Source of the DNA: a virus
Taxonomy: Duplodnaviria > Caudoviricetes
DNA length: 64,000 bases
Strand: one strand, 5' to 3'
Virus record (IMG/VR): IMGVR_UViG_3300015050_000931
Span: 4,135 to 68,134 of that record
Of the stretch, positions 6,980-16,900 are shown one piece after another (within the stretch, counting starts at the first letter, position 1; each line of letters begins with the position of its first letter). The notes under the pieces were generated by a model. It had not been told where the DNA came from, ran no database searches, and saw nothing but the letters and a program-made list of their open reading frames with translations. Position numbers and translations under genes: made by a program.

Positions 6980-7253
6980 TGAGTAAATTATTTATGGCTA
7001 TAAGGCTGTCCTTTATGTGTAGTGTGTAAATTTGGGCATCTAATTCTTTCTCCCGTACTTCCCATACCTGCCTTAGTTTTATTATCTCATTACGGGCATC
7101 CTCTTTTAACTTCATTTCAAGTTTTACCAAGTCTAATGTATGGTCTTTTTTAAGCCCCTGAATGAATAAATAAATAACCAAAAAAGAAAGTAAGAATAAC
7201 CCGAATATAGAAAGCTGGTATTTATATTTCTGAACCAAGTTTAATATTTTCAT
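6852..7253 (-). CDS. inner-membrane spanin-like protein
   Basis: N-terminal TM followed by coiled coil; located in the lysis module. Confidence 0.5.
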   Translation of the reverse strand: MKILNLVQKYKYQLSIFGLFLLSFLVIYLFIQGLKKDHTLDLVKLEMKLKEDARNEIIKLRQVWEVREKELDAQIYTLHIKDSLIAINNLLIDNRLNNLPKKYNEKAKEINTLDDAGLLNYFNNLEPQPTNDY

Positions 7254-7338
7254 GTGTTATTTTTAATAATCATGTACACAATAATACCTATCAATATTAT
7301 GATAAGTACTGTTTTGGTAAATAATTTTCTTAGGTCAA

Positions 7339-7608
7339 TCATGGTGTAGGTGGCGTATCTTTTGAGTCATCCTTTACATTACCACCACGTACAAGAGATA
7401 TAAGCTGTGGAAGTGTTGCAACCCCTAATAGTATTAGAACAAAAAACATTGTAGCAACAATTACAGAATACCTTTCACTTGCGTTACTGGCTTTACAAAT
7501 TGAGTAGGCTATTCCCCACGCCAATACACCTGCAATAGAAATAGCAATCCATCTTTTAGATGAACCTTGTCCATTTTCAGAAAAAAATTCTTTAATTAAT
7601 TTCCACAT
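7339..7608 (-). CDS. two-TM holin-like protein
   Basis: SSKRWIAISIAGVLAWGIAY and IVATMFFVLILLGVA helices. Confidence 0.55.
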   Translation of the reverse strand: MWKLIKEFFSENGQGSSKRWIAISIAGVLAWGIAYSICKASNASERYSVIVATMFFVLILLGVATLPQLISLVRGGNVKDDSKDTPPTP

Positions 7609-7611
7609 AAT

Positions 7612-8274
7612 TTATAATTTTAAGTTATCAAATTTTATGTTGTTACTATTTGCAATTATAGCAGAATAGCAGTTATTTATTATTGTTTTTTCCATTGATG
7701 TAAATGGAATATTTTCTGTTGTTGCTATTGAACTATAAACAACCGCATCATTTTCTTCATCCAAAGGGCTACGTTTTATAAACTTAAATATTGAATGTTT
7801 TACTTCTTCTTTTGGACTAAGGTAAATATCTTTCAAAATACCATCATCCATTGTTTCTATGTTTATATGTATCTCCCCTGACTTTTCGGCTTTCTTTAAG
7901 TATGCCCTATACACATCATCAATCTTTACTTTTATATACCTTTTACCACTTCCAAAATGCTTATTCTTTTTATGTGGATGTTCGTATATAGCTGTGGCAA
8001 ACTGAAAGTCTGATTTACCATTAATAGCGAATAAGAAAAGAACTCTGCTTGCTTTTGTTTCTTCAAAAATTATATTGCATTGTTCATAAATAATACTGTA
8101 TAACTCCCAATCAAAGAACGCTGATATAGCTTTCAATTCAAGTTTTAAAATATTAATCTCTTTCTCTTTCTTTTTACTGTCTTTCTTATTGTACACAACA
8201 GCATAAGCAGCAATAGAAGCTGTTAACGTGGCTACAACACCGCTTATTATTGTTTTAACAACTTCATTGTCCAT
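7612..8274 (-). CDS. membrane-anchored protein with GAF-like soluble domain
   Basis: N-terminal TM; ASRVLFLFAING segment then an alpha/beta domain. Confidence 0.45.
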   Translation of the reverse strand: MDNEVVKTIISGVVATLTASIAAYAVVYNKKDSKKKEKEINILKLELKAISAFFDWELYSIIYEQCNIIFEETKASRVLFLFAINGKSDFQFATAIYEHPHKKNKHFGSGKRYIKVKIDDVYRAYLKKAEKSGEIHINIETMDDGILKDIYLSPKEEVKHSIFKFIKRSPLDEENDAVVYSSIATTENIPFTSMEKTIINNCYSAIIANSNNIKFDNLKL

Positions 8275-8509
8275 TGGCTTTTAAAGGGCTTTTTATTGCG
8301 AACTTTGTTATCAACAATAAAATTACTAAATAAAATATATATATTACCCTAATTCCTCCTAAAAAAGCCCAAAGACTAACCGTACACGCAGTAAAAATTT
8401 CTGCAACCGCAACAGTGAATTTCTCACTCGGTTTATTTGACAGTTTCCAATAAACAAAAATTAAAGCGATGCTAAGAATAGCCATCATAATTACTGCAAC
8501 CTTATCCAT
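8264..8509 (-). CDS. small multi-TM membrane protein
   Basis: Three hydrophobic segments. Confidence 0.55.
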   Translation of the reverse strand: MDKVAVIMMAILSIALIFVYWKLSNKPSEKFTVAVAEIFTACTVSLWAFLGGIRVIYIFYLVILLLITKFAIKSPLKANGQ

Positions 8510-8903
8510 TTTTAATTGATTTTATCTTTTCAATAATACCACATACTAAACAAGCACAAGTTATAGATAGGGTAACACCTGCTTTATTCCAATCACTCCA
8601 CCATCTCGGATTGCCATATAATTCTACATAAAAATTCCATCCAAAAATTATAATGGCAATAAAGCTGGCAACTTTAGAAAACAATGTATTTGCTTGCATA
8701 AAAAATATTACTCCACACATATACAAAGTTGTGCAAATGGTAAGGTAATACATATTAGCTTGCCATGTACCTGCTTCTTTGGGGTGGTTATTCCAATCCA
8801 CCATCCCCAATACAAAGATACCCATTGTACCAAGTATAGCCAATATTATATAAAGTTCAGGTATCTTCTTATTATTTACCATGTCTGTCATCTGGTCTAC
8901 CAA
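8502..8903 (-). CDS. multi-TM membrane protein
   Basis: Four hydrophobic segments. Confidence 0.55.
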   Translation of the reverse strand: MVDQMTDMVNNKKIPELYIILAILGTMGIFVLGMVDWNNHPKEAGTWQANMYYLTICTTLYMCGVIFFMQANTLFSKVASFIAIIIFGWNFYVELYGNPRWWSDWNKAGVTLSITCACLVCGIIEKIKSIKNG

Positions 8904-9078
8904 AGCTAAATACAGTACCTTCGGTATTGGTTAAATAAGTAGATACTGTAATTGCCTCTGTATAAGAGTAGGTATCAATAGCGTCTGATGCACTACCTAA
9001 TATAAGGGGCATTTCGCTTGTTACCCATTCAACGCTTCCATCTGCGTTTTCTTTGTACACTCCGTAATCGTTTGCCAT
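8872..9078 (-). CDS. hypothetical protein
   Basis: 68-aa ORF in the operon. Confidence 0.5.
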   Translation of the reverse strand: MANDYGVYKENADGSVEWVTSEMPLILGSASDAIDTYSYTEAITVSTYLTNTEGTVFSFGRPDDRHGK

Positions 9079-9099
9079 TGTTTTTTATTTAAAGTTTAA

Positions 9100-9402
9100 T
9101 TAATTAAGTTTTTTACCACAGTTATGACAAGTTCTTGTGTTGCAATCTCTATCAGGACAATACATCGCTGTTTCTATAATAATTAAGTGCTTACATTGGT
9201 CAGGTAGGATAAGAGTATCCCCCCATATTTTTTCTTTAAAAATACCAGTTGAACTTGAATCAAACATTAAAGTAATTGCTTGTGGTATATTATTAGCTGT
9301 ATCAATATAAACCAAATTACCGGGTTCACGATTACATATATGGGCATCAGGCTTTACTACAACACAGCTTGAAAATAATAAGATGATTAAAATATATTTC
9401 AT
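9100..9402 (-). CDS. lipoprotein
   Basis: MKYILIILLFSS-C lipobox-like signal. Confidence 0.6.
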   Translation of the reverse strand: MKYILIILLFSSCVVVKPDAHICNREPGNLVYIDTANNIPQAITLMFDSSSTGIFKEKIWGDTLILPDQCKHLIIIETAMYCPDRDCNTRTCHNCGKKLN

Positions 9403-9437
9403 TTTTATTGTTTAAAGTTAAATATGGTTTTTCATAG

Positions 9438-10391
9438 TTAATTAATTTCCTGATATTCTACATAGCTTTTACCACTTGCAACCGCCGTAACCGCACTATT
9501 TAAAATCTCGCTTGCAAACCTTGCTATAACTGTCCCCGATGCTGATGGACGGATAATACCCTCAATGATTGCAATGTTGTTGCTGGTTAAACTACTTGCA
9601 CTGGATGCAGCCGGTAAATTATAACCCGACAATCCTGCGTTATTGGTTATCGAAGTAGCCGTTAAAGTGTAGTGGCTTCTGTAGTTCATAAACGTAGCTG
9701 CAGGGCCGTTTATGCCCCACCTGCTGCCGGTGGTTGTGGCTGCTGATGAGTACACAATAAAGAACTTGAATTGGTATGTAGTATTGGCGGTTACCGGAAA
9801 ACTCAACCCCGAAATATCGGCTATTGTATTTGCCACAGCATTATTATTTATCACATCGTTTGGAAGAAATACCCTTGTAGGGCCGCTGCCTGAAATAGAA
9901 ATGTTGGTACTGCCTAATAACGACTCACCATTGATTGTTTTAATGTTTGTGCCGCTTATGAGGGCATCTTGTTTTGCGTTCACCAATGCCCTTACAACTA
10001 CCATGCTATCGTTTAACCGTGTCCCCGGTGTATATGGTACAAGGGCTGTATTGTTTATAAAATTAGCCGTATTTGGTAGCGTGGATGTTGTCCATTTTGT
10101 AACCTGAATACTATCGCTAACCTCGCCTGTTACCACTTTAAAAACCTCAAAATAAGAGCTGGTATCGTTTACTAAATAGTAATTTATTACGGTTACTGAA
10201 TCACCGATACGGGTTGTATCAATATCGTAGTGGTTTGTGTATATAAATTTTTCTGTTGAATCCAATGTATAGCTGGTAACTGTTGTTTTCAAAAAGACAG
10301 TATCGCCATGCCTTACATTATACGTTTTAGTGTACGTTTGTGCTGATGCAAACACCGGCAAAAGAAGTAATATTATTATCAGTTTTTTCAT
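9438..10391 (-). CDS. fibre-associated protein with Sec signal peptide
   Basis: MKKLIIILLLLPVFASA-Q; contains KQDALISGTNIKTINGESLLGS, a motif common in phage fibre proteins. Confidence 0.6.
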   Translation of the reverse strand: MKKLIIILLLLPVFASAQTYTKTYNVRHGDTVFLKTTVTSYTLDSTEKFIYTNHYDIDTTRIGDSVTVINYYLVNDTSSYFEVFKVVTGEVSDSIQVTKWTTSTLPNTANFINNTALVPYTPGTRLNDSMVVVRALVNAKQDALISGTNIKTINGESLLGSTNISISGSGPTRVFLPNDVINNNAVANTIADISGLSFPVTANTTYQFKFFIVYSSAATTTGSRWGINGPAATFMNYRSHYTLTATSITNNAGLSGYNLPAASSASSLTSNNIAIIEGIIRPSASGTVIARFASEILNSAVTAVASGKSYVEYQEIN

Positions 10392-10395
10392 AAAA

Positions 10396-12849
10396 TTATT
10401 TTATAACCCTTACTTTAAATGTACCGCTTGCAGGGTCTACTGCCGCCGCCACATTATTATTACTGAATCTTACCGTTACTGTGTTGGCTGCACTTACCCA
10501 TGCGAAGTAAACCACGTTATCAGCACCGCTTACTGAACCGTTTGGCGCACCAAGCATAACCACATCGCCATCGGCTGCACCTGTAACTGTAATGGTAAGG
10601 TCTGTTGATGTTTGGGCTGTTGTGTTTCCGAAATCCAAAGTAGCAGAACCGTTAAGTGTTTTAGATAAAGTATAGGCATAAGTAGCATCTGACAGCGTTA
10701 AGTCTGAACCATCGTAATTTATTGCCCCAGCTTCTTTTACCGTTTGGGATGCAACACCGGATGTAAATTTCAATGGTGCTGTGGATGCTGTTGCTGTACC
10801 TGCTTTAATGTGTAGTACTGCTGTGGGAGATGTTGTGCCTAACCCGGCTCTTCCATTCGTACCATCTAAGTATATAGTAGCACCGGTGTAAGAAGCTGGT
10901 GTAACTGATACATTTGAACCAATGGCAAGAACCCCGTCTTTATCTACTTTCATCTGAACGGCCTGAGTAAAATTACCTGTACCGCTACCAATATTATGCA
11001 CCATTAACTGCCCGTTATAAAACTGAAAACCTGTGGCATAGCCGGTTGTTAATCTTGTCCATGAAGCACCATTAAAGTAAGCGTTATCAGAAATAAAACC
11101 GTTGTTTAAAGCGTAAGATTGATTTAAGAACGTACCTACTCTGTATTGATATGTACTGGTACTATTTGCAGAATTAGTAAGTAATGTGCTGTTAAGTGTT
11201 AATGTACCTGTTATGGTAGGGTTTTCCGAGAACACCAAATTAGTACTTGCCGTACCCGTTGTACCTGTGGCTGATGATAAATACCCTACCTGCGTTGCCG
11301 ATACTGTGCTATGCGTTGGCACTCCGTTGGCATCTGATATTAATGCTCTGTTGGCTGTTATGGCTGCTGCTTCGCTTATTGCTGTACCTGTTGTAGCATA
11401 ATACCCTAACCTGTATTGAGTGCCTGAATTAACTGTACCTGAACCTGCACCGCCGGTGGTTGTGTCGGCATAGGTAAACTCTTTGGTTGAACTATTCCAA
11501 CGTACTGATTTATCGCCTACACCTGATTGAATGTAAGGGGCATAAAGTTTACTATTAATATAAGTTCTTTGGTTTGCTGCTACCGCATCTTGTACAGCGT
11601 AGTAAGGAGATTCTGTTGTATCTCCTGCTTTATCAGTACGGTCTAAAGAGTTTAGGTAAATTCGGTAATTTTCTGTTGTGTTATATTTTCCTGCACCCCA
11701 TCCAACCGCTATATTATTATTGCCAGTGGTATTACCTTCCAATGCTCCCTCCCCGATAGCCGTACTCGAATCTCCAGTGGTATTACCAGTCATAGCATCA
11801 GGCCCTAATGATACGTTACTGCTTCCATTAGTATTATTATGCAATGAACCTGTACCAACAGCAATATTATTTGTTCCTAAATCGTTTGAAAATAAACTTT
11901 CAGAACCTATTGCAATATTAACACCCTCACCATCTGGAGTTGAGCTATATAATGCTCTATTACCAATAGCTATACTAATAGTTGGTGCTATGGGAGTTCT
12001 TAGTGCCTCATAACCAATAGCAATATTATTACCACCTAATATATTTGAAAAAAGAGCCTGATTACCGACCGCTACATTTTGCGTTCCCGATGTATTTGCT
12101 TTTAAAGCAGAATCACCAAAAGCGTTGTTTTTTGTACCCGTTGTATTCGCCAATAAAGCACTTTGCCCAAAGCTGGAATTTCCAGTATTATAGTCAAGAT
12201 AAAAACTTTGTACATTATTCACCTTGCCCATCAGCCCCACCGCATCCGTTGTACCCAAGAAGTTAGTACCTGCTGTTGTGCCAGCGTTGCCGGTTAATGA
12301 CCATCCACTTGAACCACTACCCCCATCCCCATAACCCATTAAATGTACACTTCCACTTGTATCAAACATAAGGTACTTATAAGCTGCATCACTTGTTCTT
12401 GCTATTCCTGTTGATGGTATGGTAAGACGGGCTACATCAGAAGTTTTAAATCCAAAGCCTTGCACTGTTTTTGTCCCTGCATATTGTGGGTCTACTGGAC
12501 TTGTAAATAAACCATTATTGCCACCTATTAACCACGGATTTTGTCCTGATGATGAACCTGCTGGCTGTATTTGTATCCATACTCTGCTTGAATATCCAGT
12601 ACAGGCTCTAAACCAAATAGCAGCTACGTCCCTTGTGTAAATTAATGCCCCACACGAATCAATACCTTTTTGTAAATTGGCAGATGTGGTATCATTATAA
12701 CGGGGCATAAAGGCATTATATTGCCCCATCCACCTACCATCCTGAACCGTATTTGTTGCCGATGCTCTATTTATAATTGGTTGTGCCAACCCCTTAAAAC
12801 ATATTAAGATTATAAATATAAATATGATTACTTTTTTCATGTTATGCAC
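10396..12849 (-). CDS. tail fibre-like trimeric repeat protein with signal-peptide-like N-terminus
   Basis: ~14-aa repeats NxAxGxxALxxNTTG; G/T/S-rich; N-terminus MKKVIIFIFIILICFKGLA-Q. Confidence 0.7.
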   Translation of the reverse strand: MHNMKKVIIFIFIILICFKGLAQPIINRASATNTVQDGRWMGQYNAFMPRYNDTTSANLQKGIDSCGALIYTRDVAAIWFRACTGYSSRVWIQIQPAGSSSGQNPWLIGGNNGLFTSPVDPQYAGTKTVQGFGFKTSDVARLTIPSTGIARTSDAAYKYLMFDTSGSVHLMGYGDGGSGSSGWSLTGNAGTTAGTNFLGTTDAVGLMGKVNNVQSFYLDYNTGNSSFGQSALLANTTGTKNNAFGDSALKANTSGTQNVAVGNQALFSNILGGNNIAIGYEALRTPIAPTISIAIGNRALYSSTPDGEGVNIAIGSESLFSNDLGTNNIAVGTGSLHNNTNGSSNVSLGPDAMTGNTTGDSSTAIGEGALEGNTTGNNNIAVGWGAGKYNTTENYRIYLNSLDRTDKAGDTTESPYYAVQDAVAANQRTYINSKLYAPYIQSGVGDKSVRWNSSTKEFTYADTTTGGAGSGTVNSGTQYRLGYYATTGTAISEAAAITANRALISDANGVPTHSTVSATQVGYLSSATGTTGTASTNLVFSENPTITGTLTLNSTLLTNSANSTSTYQYRVGTFLNQSYALNNGFISDNAYFNGASWTRLTTGYATGFQFYNGQLMVHNIGSGTGNFTQAVQMKVDKDGVLAIGSNVSVTPASYTGATIYLDGTNGRAGLGTTSPTAVLHIKAGTATASTAPLKFTSGVASQTVKEAGAINYDGSDLTLSDATYAYTLSKTLNGSATLDFGNTTAQTSTDLTITVTGAADGDVVMLGAPNGSVSGADNVVYFAWVSAANTVTVRFSNNNVAAAVDPASGTFKVRVIK

Positions 12850-13393
12850 TTATGTAGATATAAAATACTGAATCAATATTTGTGGTAGTTGCATCGAAAT
12901 CTGTTATAACTGTTCCGTCAATTATAATATCAAAACCTGTTGCTGTTCTGCTCCAAGAAATACCCTCGTCAAGAAAACGGTTTGCGTCATTCCAAAACAC
13001 CTGTAAATTGTATGCTGACAGTACGTTTATAGCATCTGAATTAGCACCTTCCCATGATAAAGCACTTGCAAAATTAGCCCCTGTTATTCTTATTGGAGAT
13101 TGTATTATTGTTGGAGTTCCCGGCGTTACAGAACCACCACCTGATGTTATTGTAGCCTGTGCCATTAAACCAAACTTACCACATAAAGCCCATACATAGT
13201 TACCTACATCATACAAATCAGTATCATCTGCTTCATACTGAAGTTTCCAGTTTAAAGCCATCCTTTCCATGTATATCATTAACGGCAATCTTGGGTCGGT
13301 ATATGGCGAAAATAAATTTCCCCTTGCTACTGCATTTGCAGCATACACTTCGGCTAATTTAGCATATACATTGACAAGTGATGGAGTTGGCAT
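12842..13393 (-). CDS. virion structural protein (tail region)
   Basis: Position between fibre and internal virion genes. Confidence 0.5.
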   Translation of the reverse strand: MPTPSLVNVYAKLAEVYAANAVARGNLFSPYTDPRLPLMIYMERMALNWKLQYEADDTDLYDVGNYVWALCGKFGLMAQATITSGGGSVTPGTPTIIQSPIRITGANFASALSWEGANSDAINVLSAYNLQVFWNDANRFLDEGISWSRTATGFDIIIDGTVITDFDATTTNIDSVFYIYISA

Positions 13394-13395
13394 AG

Positions 13396-13917
13396 TTAAA
13401 AATAATTTGACTGATTAGCAATCATGTACGCAGCCCTATCTAATGCAGATTGGCTGCTAAAAATATCAGAGCCATAAGTTACTGCTTGATTAGCCTCATC
13501 AATACTGCACCTTAGTATCATTTTATTTGTATAGTAATTAGTATCATTTACTATTGTTGGATAGGAAGATTGATTCTGCGTTAATCCATAATAAAATGTT
13601 TCTGAATACATTGTAAAATCATAAAGTATTGTTTTAGTGTACAATACATCATTAGTTACATTTAACCATTGCACAGTGATATTTAGTGCATAATCTTGTG
13701 GTAAGGCATCTATACTTATGGAAGCACTTGCTAAAGCCCATTGGACATAATCAGTTGTTGTTCCATCAGGTACAAGATATGTACCGGCTGCTGTTTGTAA
13801 AAATGCCCTACGTTGTGTTACAGCAGCATCTGTACCTACGTGTTCATCTGTAAGTGTTACTATTGAGGGTAGTCCGATGGTTTGTGCTGCGCTGAAAGTT
13901 GCTACTGAATATGCCAT
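13396..13917 (-). CDS. virion structural protein (tail region)
   Basis: Position; beta-rich sequence. Confidence 0.5.
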   Translation of the reverse strand: MAYSVATFSAAQTIGLPSIVTLTDEHVGTDAAVTQRRAFLQTAAGTYLVPDGTTTDYVQWALASASISIDALPQDYALNITVQWLNVTNDVLYTKTILYDFTMYSETFYYGLTQNQSSYPTIVNDTNYYTNKMILRCSIDEANQAVTYGSDIFSSQSALDRAAYMIANQSNYF

Positions 13918-13979
13918 TTCTTATCGTTTGTTAAAATTAAAAAATATATCCGACATTTTGCTTGTTTTACTGTTGTTTT

Positions 13980-16900
13980 TTATCTGTTTTTAATGGATTC
14001 TCTTAGTTGTTTATTATTTTCTTCAATTTCTGATTCTTCGGGTGTTTTATCTATAAAATCTTCGGGTGTTTTGTATTGTGGGTATTCTCTTAAAAATAGT
14101 TCTTTACCTCTTTTAAAACCTTCCTTATAAAGTATCTCTAAGTTCTTTAATTTTTCTTCATCTGATAGTTCTGAATAGGTTTTATTGCTTCCATCAAAGG
14201 TTGCCATGTTGTTTATGTATGGAGCAATTAAGTTCTTTCTTTGTTGTCCTACAAATTCTTCAAGTCTTGCAGCTTCTTTTGTTGGAAGTTTTACTATTTC
14301 ATCTCCACGCTTTATTTCTGGTTTAACTGCTGGTGGGAAAAAAGCAATATTATCAGTACGTTTTGCATCATTGTATATTGGTCTTGCGAAGGCATCGTTG
14401 TTGGCTTTACTTACTCCAAAAAACTGTAACGCTTTGTCATTTTTTGGCATCTTTTCACCCCAAATGCTAATCCTTGATGGTGGGTATTGCCCTGTTAAAT
14501 TTCTTAATACTGATGAACGGGTAAGCATACTGTTCTTTAATTCAGATAAGAAATCATCTCCTTTATTTTTATTAACGTATGGTAATTGTGCCTTTGATAT
14601 TTGAGATAAAGATGCAGGATGAACTACGTTTGCAAACATATTTATCAGGTTAACCCCGTAGCTTTGAAAATCCCCTCTTTCAATAGAAGTTAGTAAAGAT
14701 GAAGTGTTACCAAATACCCCTTGATTAAGGTCTTTTAAAGCATCTACTTCCATCCCCCCTAATGCAACATCCCAAAAATCTGCTTGTGCTTCTTTTTGTT
14801 CGGGTGTCATTTCTTCATTTTTCCTTTCAATAGCATTTGCCATTGTACCCCAATGACCAAACCAACGTAGTTGAACATTCAATCCATTCTTTACTTTATC
14901 GGGGTCTTCTCCATTTATAGCCGCCCACATCTTATCTACGTTTATTGTTCCTTGTTGTTCGTATGCCGTTTCTCCTTCCCTTTCTTTTTTTGTATCATCC
15001 CCTGTATTTGAAGTATTAATTATTCCCTGACCAACCAATGACATAACTACTGCTCTTGTTGCAATACCTACTGCTCCATGTGCAAACCAATACTTAGCTT
15101 CATTCAGGTCTTTTGCTGCTGAATTATCTCCTTTATTTCTTTTAGCATAAGCCTTACCTGAATATATCATTGCTTGTAAAAATGCAATTTCAGGATTAAC
15201 TAAATTGTAGTAACTCCAATAAGCATTAGAAGGTATTTTTATGTATGGAGAAACTGTTACAGATTTTAATAACTGCTGCGTACCTTCCCCAACTCCCAAT
15301 TTATTTAATTGCCCAAATGCACTTGATAAAACATCATTCAGCATATTATCTTGTTGGAATGTTGACCTTTGTCCTTCCTTAATTATAATATCTCTTATGT
15401 AGTCTGCTTTCTTACCTGCGTCTGCATCGCTTAATCCTTTTGCTTTGTATGCCCTATATGCTTCTTCTCTTGGAAAGTCAATAAACAAATCGTAATCAAT
15501 ATCTTTTAATCCTAACGCTTTTGCAAATGCTGCTGCCTGTGCGCCCTCTGCTGCAAACCTCTGTGGCTTATCACCTAAATTTAATGTACGTGCAACAACT
15601 TCTGCTGCTATCCCTTGTGGAGAGCCTTGTAAAGCCTTATCTATTATTTGTCCTTTAGTTAGTTTCTTTTCTTTGGTTACAAAATGCTTCCACAAATCTT
15701 TTATGGAACTAAATGGACGTATTTGCTGACCTTGAATTTCCTTTGCTGTGTAGTCTGGTCTATTCAATCCTGTAAAAAACTGTTGAAATGCCTCTTTTGT
15801 TCCAAGTCCAAGTTTCTTAAAGAACTCTACTTGTGCCTGTGCTGAAAATATATTTGTTTCAGGGGAAACTTTACCACCACTACCAATTTGAATAGCTTTA
15901 TCAACACCACTTTTTACTACTCCAACTGGAAGTCTTAATGTAGTTTGATTCCATACGTTATAAACAGGGTTATTTAATAAAGAAACAACACCTAATGTAT
16001 TTAACTGAATCATTGACGTAAGCCTTTGCATAATGTTTGGCTTACTATAAAGTAGGTTTGTTAATTCCTTTTGCGCTTTGGCTGCTTTTAAGGATACAGC
16101 CATATATTCTTTACGGGATTGTTGTGTTCTTTCAGTACGTGCTTTTTGGGCAGCATCGTCAACTTTATTAGCTTCTGCAACCAACTCTTTTAATTTAGTT
16201 ACTTCTTCTGCTGTTAGTTCTGACCTGCCCGTTATATCTGCAATTATTTTTTTAAAGTCTGCATAATCCAACCCACCATTTTCCACTATCTTTTCAAATG
16301 ACTTTCTTACTACATCTTCTTTTTGGCTATCGTTTAAGCCTTTTAGTTTTTTTCTGAAACGGTCTAATATTTTTGCTTTTATTTCTTCATCGGTGAATTT
16401 TCTTTTTTCTGTCTTATCCTTTAATTTTTCTTCCCATTCATTTCTGAATTTTTCTTTATCCCATGTATCGTGTCCTAATTTTTCTGAAATATAGTCAATA
16501 GCATCTTCAACAAGTTTTGCCACTTTCTCCCCTGCATGGTAGGCTTTTTTCATACCTTCTAATGCTGCTGTAATTACTTGTGGTGGAATGATAGTTGAAT
16601 ATGCTGCACCACCTTGAAACTTTGATTTAGCCGCATCAAAAGCATCATCAACTTTTTTAATCCTTGCTTTCCTGTTTTCAGCACGTTCCTTTGCCATTTC
16701 ACCTTTTGCATACTCTTTAGCTTCTGCTTCAAAATTCTCATCCTTCAACATTTCATCAAAAAACTCTTTCCATGATTTCTCTTTTGGTTTTGCCCACTCA
16801 TCAAATTCTGTTTTCCTTTTGGCATTTTCAATCATTGCTATCCCCAAAGGAGATTTTTTGTAGAAGTAGTTTATGGCAGAAGTAAACCTACCGCCCTTCC

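Noticed and set aside
11678-12200. DNA-level repeats in the fibre gene (e.g. CCAGTGGTATTACC twice)
   Set aside because: Explained by the ~14-aa protein repeat of the fibre; no independent signal.
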